This document shows, in pieces, positions 54,088-61,100 of a DNA stretch of 64,000 nt. Position numbers and translations under genes: made by a program. The stretch covers positions 5,516 to 69,515 of the forward strand of contig JBAQUG010000497.1 of NCBI GenBank assembly GCA_049297395.1, given 5' to 3'. Each line of letters begins with the position of its first letter. Position 1 is the first letter of the stretch. Source of the stretch: Victivallales bacterium (GTDB lineage: Bacteria; Verrucomicrobiota; Lentisphaeria; Victivallales; GWF2-50-93). The notes beneath the pieces are model-generated. The model saw only the letters and a program-made list of their open reading frames with translations, did not search any database and was not told where the DNA came from.

Positions 54088-54116
54088 AGTATATCACTAT
54101 ATCATAAACATGTCAA
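54088..54116 (-). promoter_or_regulatory. Sigma70-type promoter TTGACA-N17-TATACT with TG extended -10 (drives P4-GH29-A3)
   Basis: The minus strand reads TTGACAtgtttatgatatagTGaTATACT. The spacer is 17 nt. The last 16 nt are identical to the promoter at 62468-62496. Confidence 0.7.
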
Positions 54117-54117
54117 G

Positions 54118-54131
54118 ATCCATGCATGGAT
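54118..54131. promoter_or_regulatory. Perfect 14-bp palindrome ATCCATGCATGGAT abutting the -35 box; operator/activator-site candidate
   Basis: Read directly. It lies 1 nt upstream of the TTGACA box of the P4 promoter. Confidence 0.4.
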
Positions 54132-54152
54132 TTGTTATCAATTATCCGTGCG

Positions 54153-56741
54153 TCATAGGGTAAAGCGCAGTTCCTCCCCGGCTTGGACAGTCATGCTTTT
54201 CTTTAGCAGGATACGGTCTTCTTTGATGATTGAGAACTCCACCGTCCCGTTCCGGTATTCGAGTTTCTCCGGAATAGAGGGAAGCTGCAGTTCCTGGATT
54301 TTCAGCGTGCCGTATCTGACTGATATGCTTGCATGCTTTTCAGCCTGGATGTATTCACCCCATGCCGAACCCAGACTCCAGAAACATCTGAACCCGGAAC
54401 CCGCCACAACGGGAAGGAAACCGAGAAAGCCACGCGTCATATCATATTTGAAGCCGCTGAAGGCGTTGATCAGGGCATATGACGCCATGCTCCTGGCGTA
54501 ATTGCTGCCGCATTCGAACTCGTTCCAAGGATTGCGCCGCCGTCCGTCATACCGCTTCCGGATCGACTCGACCACCTGCATTCCTTCATCCATCATACCG
54601 TTCATGATCATATGGCAGGCTGCCGCCCACTCGAACCCGTGCATCGTCTCGCTGGCGTAGGGTATCGGAATGATCGGTTTTCCCTTTTGATCCGGCCATG
54701 TGCAGATCTGCATTCCCTGCTCGTCGTTGACGCTGTAATTGCGCCATTGGTTGACGATGCCGCGCATGGAAGTCCTGAAATTGTATTTGAACAGGGACTG
54801 CAATGTCTTTTTTGTCTTTCCCGGGTCGAGGATTTCCCCCAGGCCGTAGAGGGAGGCGTACCATTGCGGAAGATGCATGTCGATCTGGCATCCGTTCCCG
54901 ATCTGGTATTTGATTTTTCCATGTTCGTTGTCCCAGTATATCTCTGCGGCAAGGTCTTTGCCGTTATGGGAAAAGGTCTTGAGCATATCGCGATCATCAA
55001 GGGAGATCTTTTGGAAGTAGTATTCGCCGTTGAACAAATGCTGGTCGGTCCATGCCTTTCCCCTGGCGAAGATGGAACGGCACTCGGATGCGAATTCCGG
55101 CTCCTCCAGTGCATCGGCCATGCCTGCTGCAGCCTTCAGCGCTCCGAGATAATGTCCGTTGAGCCATGCGTTCGGGCCGAACAGTTCCATGTCCAGCGTA
55201 TGATGCTGACGCCCGTCAATCACTCCCTTCCTTTCCGGATCCCAGCGGTCGTAGTTCCTGCTGCTCCATGCATACTGCAGTGATTTCTTCACGGCGGGCC
55301 AGTGCTGCCTCAGCCAGCCGGTATCCCCTGAGATTTTCCAGTCGCGCCAGGTTTTCATGATGTCGCCGAACTGGCCATCGACACACGGACGGCGGAATTC
55401 GGCCGTCGCTTTTATTCCGAGCGGCAGCATGATGCGGAAATGGCAGGCGCCATCTTCATCAATGCTGTATTTATAATGCGCCGAGCGCATTGAACGCTCC
55501 AACGACGGGAAGAGGAATGGCAGCGCCTGTGCGTAATTCCATACATGGGTGCATGAGCCTTCGCAGGAGCCGGCATGGGAGGCGACACCCTCCCAGCCGT
55601 AAAAAGTGCCATCCTCAAGGCGCAGGCATGTCGGACTTTTCAAAATTGAAAGATTGGCTGAAATACCGTCCAGCGCCGATTCCGGAAGCGTCGATGCAAA
55701 AAGCGTGTCATGGAAAAGCCGGGTGTCATGGCGGAGCATGGTATAGGACTCCATCGCATAGCGTCCGCTGTCCGCAGAATCGTTCCACCGTGTGGCGTAC
55801 CAGTTTTTCCAGCGGTTGGGAATACTGTTTGCCGCCGCCATTTCATCGGCGTTGGAGTTCCAGTCGTTCCTGCGGTTCGGGACGTTCCAGGAAATGACAA
55901 ACCTGACGGTGCGGCTTTCGCCGGGGACCAGACGGAAATGAGCTGCAATCAGCCCGGTATTGCGGTTGCCTGCACCTGATTTGTAATTGCGGTTGAGGAA
56001 TCTTCCAGGAGCGGTGAAGTCGTTCCAGAACACCTCCAGATCATCAAACCATCCGCCGTGGAACCAGTATTCCTGGAAGCTTGTCTCCGGCGCGTCGGTG
56101 CTCAAGGTGAGATCCCCGTAGTCGAATCCGGACTTGTCGCCTCCGTGTTCCAGTACCAGCTGTTTGACGCCTCCCGATTCCGAATAGCGGTTGAAGGCAG
56201 TCTGTGTCTTGAACGGATTCGCCAGCACTCCGGCCACGGTATAATCGATTTCATCCTTGCCTGTATTGGACAAAGTCACTTCGAAGCAGGCCGCCGGCAG
56301 GCTTGAATTCACATCGTCGCCGGGAATGAAGGGGCTCCACGCGCATAATTCTGCCTTGCCGGGGAAGTCCTGATCCTCCAATTCAATCCAGGCGAACGGA
56401 TATTCGCCTTTGAATGCGTGCTCGCGGAAATGAGGCATGCCGCAAAGGGTCTCACGGGCGGCGCCCCATCCGTAACCCTCATAAGTATTCTGCGCCAAAT
56501 TGCTGTAGTGCCCGGTATAGGGCGGCTGCAGGTCGCCCTGCAGGATGCGTGTATCAATGACTGCGCCGTTTTTCTCCGCCTTGACCGCAAAATGGCTCAT
56601 GCCGTTGAGGCTGCCCTTGTTCGAGCAGTTGAATATCTCCCAGTCCAGCAGGCGACCGTTTCCTCCAAGGCCTATGCATCCGCTGCCGATTCCGCCCAGG
56701 GGGAAGGAAATCTGGCTTGTCTTCTCTCCACGGTAGATCAT
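54153..56741 (-). CDS. GH116 family beta-glycosidase (GBA2 / non-lysosomal glucosylceramidase-type); cytoplasmic
   Basis: MIYRGEKTSQISFPLGGIGSGCIGLGGNGRLLDWEIFN is the hallmark GH116 N-terminal motif. A C-terminal (alpha/alpha)6 DUF608-like region follows. AGGAG Shine-Dalgarno. Confidence 0.85.
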   Translation of the reverse strand: MIYRGEKTSQISFPLGGIGSGCIGLGGNGRLLDWEIFNCSNKGSLNGMSHFAVKAEKNGAVIDTRILQGDLQPPYTGHYSNLAQNTYEGYGWGAARETLCGMPHFREHAFKGEYPFAWIELEDQDFPGKAELCAWSPFIPGDDVNSSLPAACFEVTLSNTGKDEIDYTVAGVLANPFKTQTAFNRYSESGGVKQLVLEHGGDKSGFDYGDLTLSTDAPETSFQEYWFHGGWFDDLEVFWNDFTAPGRFLNRNYKSGAGNRNTGLIAAHFRLVPGESRTVRFVISWNVPNRRNDWNSNADEMAAANSIPNRWKNWYATRWNDSADSGRYAMESYTMLRHDTRLFHDTLFASTLPESALDGISANLSILKSPTCLRLEDGTFYGWEGVASHAGSCEGSCTHVWNYAQALPFLFPSLERSMRSAHYKYSIDEDGACHFRIMLPLGIKATAEFRRPCVDGQFGDIMKTWRDWKISGDTGWLRQHWPAVKKSLQYAWSSRNYDRWDPERKGVIDGRQHHTLDMELFGPNAWLNGHYLGALKAAAGMADALEEPEFASECRSIFARGKAWTDQHLFNGEYYFQKISLDDRDMLKTFSHNGKDLAAEIYWDNEHGKIKYQIGNGCQIDMHLPQWYASLYGLGEILDPGKTKKTLQSLFKYNFRTSMRGIVNQWRNYSVNDEQGMQICTWPDQKGKPIIPIPYASETMHGFEWAAACHMIMNGMMDEGMQVVESIRKRYDGRRRNPWNEFECGSNYARSMASYALINAFSGFKYDMTRGFLGFLPVVAGSGFRCFWSLGSAWGEYIQAEKHASISVRYGTLKIQELQLPSIPEKLEYRNGTVEFSIIKEDRILLKKSMTVQAGEELRFTL

Positions 56742-56814
56742 AATGCTGCTCCTGTTTTGATGTTTATATATTCCGGATATACATTATGGATATTATAAAT
56801 GATGCCATTGGCAA

Positions 56815-57690
56815 ATGGAATGTAATTTTAAGGAAATAACTTATACTTTTATGGGAAGACTGGATAGGCATGACCTGGAGCAGCTCAGCAGCTGCCTTGA
56901 GCTGGCGCTTCTTGAAGCCTCGGAAGTGTCATTTACTTTTACCGGCCGCAACCGGCACTCGTTCAACAGGATTTTCCTGGTCCTCCACGAAAGAGGCGGA
57001 AACAATTTCATCCGCAATCATACCCCAGGATCGGATCAGCGGCTGAAAATGACCAGGAGGATGATTTATTTCATGCCTGGAAATACTGATCTTGAATTCA
57101 GCTTCAATGCCGACATGCGCTTCATATCATTCCACTTCCACCTGAATCTGTTCTCCCATTTCGACGTGTTTTCAGGACAGAGGACCTGCGCAAGCATTCC
57201 TGATGAAAAAGGGATCTGCGGGGAAATGTCCGACATTCTTAATTCTTCCGGTTATGATTTACAGAACCTATGCCGCCTGCAAAGCATGCTGATCGCCCTT
57301 GCAGGGGATTTCATCGAACCCGGCAATGCCGGCCTGGACAGGCTGGATTTCCTTAACAGCAAGTATTCCGCAGTTTTTGAATACGTCAGGAATAGCGCCG
57401 ATGCCACGACTGGCATCGATGATCTTGTGGAAGCCGCAAAAATGTCAAGGGATTCGCTTTCCCGTGAATTCTCCAGGGATTGCGGCATCCCTCTGAAGAA
57501 ATACTTGAACCGCAACCTGATCCGGAAAGCGGAGAAGCAGCTGCTTGAACCAAAGGCGACTGCCCGAATGGTGGCGGAAAAACTTAAATTCAACAATGAA
57601 TATTATTTCTCACGCTTCTTCAAGAAGAACACCGGCACGACAACGAGGGATTACCGGGAGCAGATGCAGACACACAGGATGATGGATTAA
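56815..57690 (+). CDS. AraC-family transcriptional regulator
   Basis: C-terminal dual HTH: IDDLVEAAKMSRDSLSREFSRDCGIPLKKYLNRNLIRKAEKQLLEPKATARMVAEKLKFNNEYYFSRFFKKNTGTTTRDYRE. It is divergent from the GH116 gene, with a 73-bp gap. Confidence 0.9.
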   Translation: MECNFKEITYTFMGRLDRHDLEQLSSCLELALLEASEVSFTFTGRNRHSFNRIFLVLHERGGNNFIRNHTPGSDQRLKMTRRMIYFMPGNTDLEFSFNADMRFISFHFHLNLFSHFDVFSGQRTCASIPDEKGICGEMSDILNSSGYDLQNLCRLQSMLIALAGDFIEPGNAGLDRLDFLNSKYSAVFEYVRNSADATTGIDDLVEAAKMSRDSLSREFSRDCGIPLKKYLNRNLIRKAEKQLLEPKATARMVAEKLKFNNEYYFSRFFKKNTGTTTRDYREQMQTHRMMD

Positions 57691-57783
57691 TGGATTTTTG
57701 AATTTATTCGCCTTTGGCTAATTACTGGATTATTGGGTTTGAGTTCAAGAAAAACCACGGATGCTTGAACGCCCCTTCGGGCA

Positions 57784-57963
57784 TTAGCGGATCTTGTCGA
57801 TGACGTTGTTCCAGTATAGCTGGATGAAGAAATCGCGGGTTCCCTCCTCACCGAACTCAAAGACCTCGTCAATCGTTTTCCCGAGCTCGTTGATTGTCAG
57901 ACCCGCGCGGCGTTCATCTGGGTCCGTCGACCGGTAGAGACTCAATTTCCTGTAACGGAACAT
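57784..57963 (-). CDS. Small hypothetical ORF (59 aa), below the ORF-track cutoff
   Basis: MFRYRKLSLYRSTDPDERRAGLTINELGKTIDEVFEFGEEGTRDFFIQLYWNNVIDKIR has a protein-like composition. AGGAA lies 6 nt upstream of the ATG. The competing 61-aa ORF at 57687-57872 is Ser/Arg-rich junk. No family recognised. Confidence 0.3.
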   Translation of the reverse strand: MFRYRKLSLYRSTDPDERRAGLTINELGKTIDEVFEFGEEGTRDFFIQLYWNNVIDKIR

Positions 57964-57983
57964 AGTTATTCCTAGACATTATT

Positions 57984-58008
57984 GAGGCAATTTAAAATTG
58001 CCTCTTTT
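57984..58008 (+). terminator. Palindromic hairpin GAGGCAATTT-A-AAATTGCCTC followed by TTTT (+ strand terminator candidate)
   Basis: A 21-nt perfect palindrome at 57984-58004 is followed by TTTT at 58005-58008. On the minus strand no U-run follows. Confidence 0.5.
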
Positions 58009-58023
58009 GATCTGATTGCTTAG

Positions 58024-58093
58024 GTTGGTGTTCACAACTTTAGTGTGTCTTGGTATTCAATATGTAAGACACGCTGAAGCCGTGAACACCAAC
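58024..58093. repeat. Nested perfect hairpin (12-bp outer, 7-bp inner stem) just downstream of A4
   Basis: GTTGGTGTTCAC (58024-58035) pairs with GTGAACACCAAC (58082-58093). The inner stem is GTGTCTT (58045-58051) with AAGACAC (58066-58072). It is flanked by the similar direct repeats gatctgattgcttagg and gatcttattgcttatg. Confidence 0.5.
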
Positions 58094-58170
58094 GGGAATA
58101 CTGCCCACACAACCGCTTTTCCCGTAGATCTTATTGCTTATGTAATAATCTACCTGAAGCTTACATGCTA

Positions 58171-61100
58171 TCAAGGTTTCGGCGAAAGGGTGATTCCCTT
58201 CTCGTCGGTGATATATGCCGAGAACGCGCTGCCGCCGCTGCCGCCCTGCTGCTTCACAAGAAGCGTGTTCACACCCTTCTTGAGCTTCAGGACACCCCAG
58301 TGGACGGCGGACCAGGTTGTGAAATCCGAACCGCAGTCGGCCTTGACTTCCGGCTTTACGTTTGTGGTGATCGGCTCGCCGTTGAGGAAGGCCTTCGCCC
58401 ACCAGTCAACGCCCATATAGAAAAGCGCGGTCCTGTCTTCATTGCTGTTTATAAAGGTCACCGCATAGTTGAAGTCCGCACTTGAAGACTTGGTCCTGAC
58501 AGGCATGTCCACCCCCAGGTCCCCGATTTTTCCGACGATGCTGCTGGACGACGTGCTCCAGCGGCGTTCGCTTCCGTCAGCATCCTTGTATGTTGCCGAA
58601 AGGTCGATCTTCCCTTCAGGCGGATATTTCTGGTCCATCCCCTTTTTCACGAATCTGCCCTCAGGTCCGCGCCCGGCCATGTGAAGCCCCCAGTAGCTGG
58701 CGAAAGGTCCGACAGTGGACCATGCCATGTCCGGCATGGGGTTCAGGACAGGAAGAATCTTAAGCCCGTAGACGCCGAACGATCCGTCGCGGCGGATGGC
58801 CAGGCGGTTCTTCCCCTTCTTCAACGACACGCGCGGGAACGCCGCCGTTTCCGGCATTCCCGGCTGGATCGTGATGCACGGGGCGGCAAGGCTGACACCG
58901 TTTATGGAGGCGGTTGTGACGCCCATGCCTTCGGCAACATGCCCCAGGTGGAATATGTAGTCGCCATCGGCAGGGATGTCCAGATCGAATTCAATCGTTC
59001 CATTTTTAGATTTCAAAACTTCATGGCCGTCCCATTCCGCGTTGTAGGTGGTAGATGGAACTTTTTCAGGAACTGTTCCAGCCGCCATCTTCATGAGCCC
59101 GGCGGCGGCGGTTACGCCCTCATCGGTTTCCCAGTGATCGCCTTTCCTAGGGGAAAGGAGACCTGGGAATTTCGTTATCACCTGTCCTTCCGGCATTGCA
59201 GAGATCTTTTCGTAGACCAGCATCATCGGCGCCATCGACAAGGCGGTCCTGCTGCGCCAGACATGGCCGAGGCGGTATGCCTCCCAGGCCTGTTCGAGAT
59301 TCTTCAGATAGGCCGCGCGGAGCTTTTCGCTGACGTCATTCCTGCGAATTCCGCAGGTTATGGATTCCGCGATCTGCTGTGAGAAAGCGAGGCGTTCATG
59401 CAGCGCCTTCATGTTTTCTTCCGGCACAGTCGCCTTCGCCTCTGCAATTTTGGCGTCTTTTCCGGTCTTGAATGAACGCAGGGCGTACGGCTGGAGAGTC
59501 AGGTTGAGGCATCCTTTTTCCAGCGATGTCTTTTTCCCGTTCACGGTCGATGTCACGCTGTCTGCGCCGGTCAATGTTATTTTCACCTCAACCGGGAACC
59601 GCTCGCGGTTTACAGCGTAGAAGAAATAGTTATTAGTTATCAGTGATTGGTTATTTGTATTTTGCTGGCCACCGTCCACCGGCAACTGGTCACTCTTCCC
59701 GCTGTGCCATACCGCGACAGGGTCGCGTGCTGATTCGACGCTTTCAAATGGCACCGCCGGTATCGATTCGAATTCCGAGAACCATTCGTTCCATAGGCCG
59801 GGATCTCCGAACATGTCGGAATTCCCGCCGTCGCGCAGTATCGCCGAATCCTGTTCCGCCAGGACTACCGCGAATTTCTCAAGGCTGTTCCTGCCTGCCG
59901 CCAGGACCGCGGAACAGTAGTAGGGCATATCGCCTTTCTTGACGCCTTTGACTCCGAGCTTGTCGCAGGGCCAGTATGTCGCCAGTTCGTGATAGGTCAT
60001 GTAGGCCGCGAAGCTGCGGACCTTTCCGAAACCCGACGCCACGTTGTCAGGATCGAAGAATCCGTCGTAGATAGCCTGTTCCGAGGAAGTGGTGTTCCTT
60101 GAACCGTAGCGCGACACGGCCATAACCGCGATGCCGTCCGTCTTCTTCAGGCGATCCAGGTCGATACCCATCTCGTAGAAGCGGCTTTTCTTGCCGTCAG
60201 GGATCTTGAAACACGGATCGCAGTCGCCGTCGCCGGCAATTATGAAGTTGACATCCTTCCTTCCATCCTGGATCCGGTCGCGGATCCTGAGATGGTAGTC
60301 CATCGTCTTGTCGCTGCGCCATTTCATCCATTTGCCCTTCACGTCCTTGGACACGAGGAAGTCGAAGCGCTTTACAAAACGGTCGGGATCGTCGTTTGAA
60401 ACAGGAACCTTCACGCCGGTTTCCTTTTCAAACTGCTTCATTGTCCAGTCTCCATAGCCCCAGTGCAGTCCGGGTATGTTGAAGTCGCCCCTGAACAGCC
60501 ATGCATCTGCGCGTACGCAGATTCCTTCGAATGCCGGTGAGTCACGGAGCTTGTCGGCCAGTTCGCCCATGGCGTTCACCCATCGTGTCTGGATGGCGGG
60601 ATGGAAGGTGTTGAGATCGCATGCTGCGAATCCAGTACCCTTCATGGCGCCGGTGCAGCTTACCGACCGTACATCCTCGGGATTCTCCACTTCCTTCGGC
60701 AGGACTACCATGTTGAGGTACCACTGCGTCGGGAAGACTTCCGGCATGTAGCGCATGCCATATTTTTCGCATATCAGCGCGAGAAGCCTGGTCTCGTCGA
60801 AATCGCTGGTGAGGAAGCCGTCGAGATATTGGGACCTGTAGAACGCCTCCTGGTAGCCGACTCCGAGACCTGTTATTCCGTTGAAGCCGAAATACCGGAC
60901 AAGCCGCGCCCATCGGTCAAGTCCTATGAACGCCCTGACGGACTGCGGAGCCCCCCTGTGGGTGAGATGGATGTTGGTCAGGAACCTCCAGCTGAGGGCC
61001 TCCTCATACCAGTGGATGGCGGAACGTCCATTCTTCCATTCGACTTTTGTCGCGGGAAGCTCGCCGTCGAAGCGGTAGATGTTTATCTTCGACGCCGCGG

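Noticed and set aside
57687-57872. 61-aa minus ORF from the track in the AraC-A4 spacer.
   Set aside because: It is Ser/Arg/Thr-rich and overlaps the AraC stop. The alternative-frame 59-aa ORF (57784-57963) has a better Shine-Dalgarno sequence and composition.
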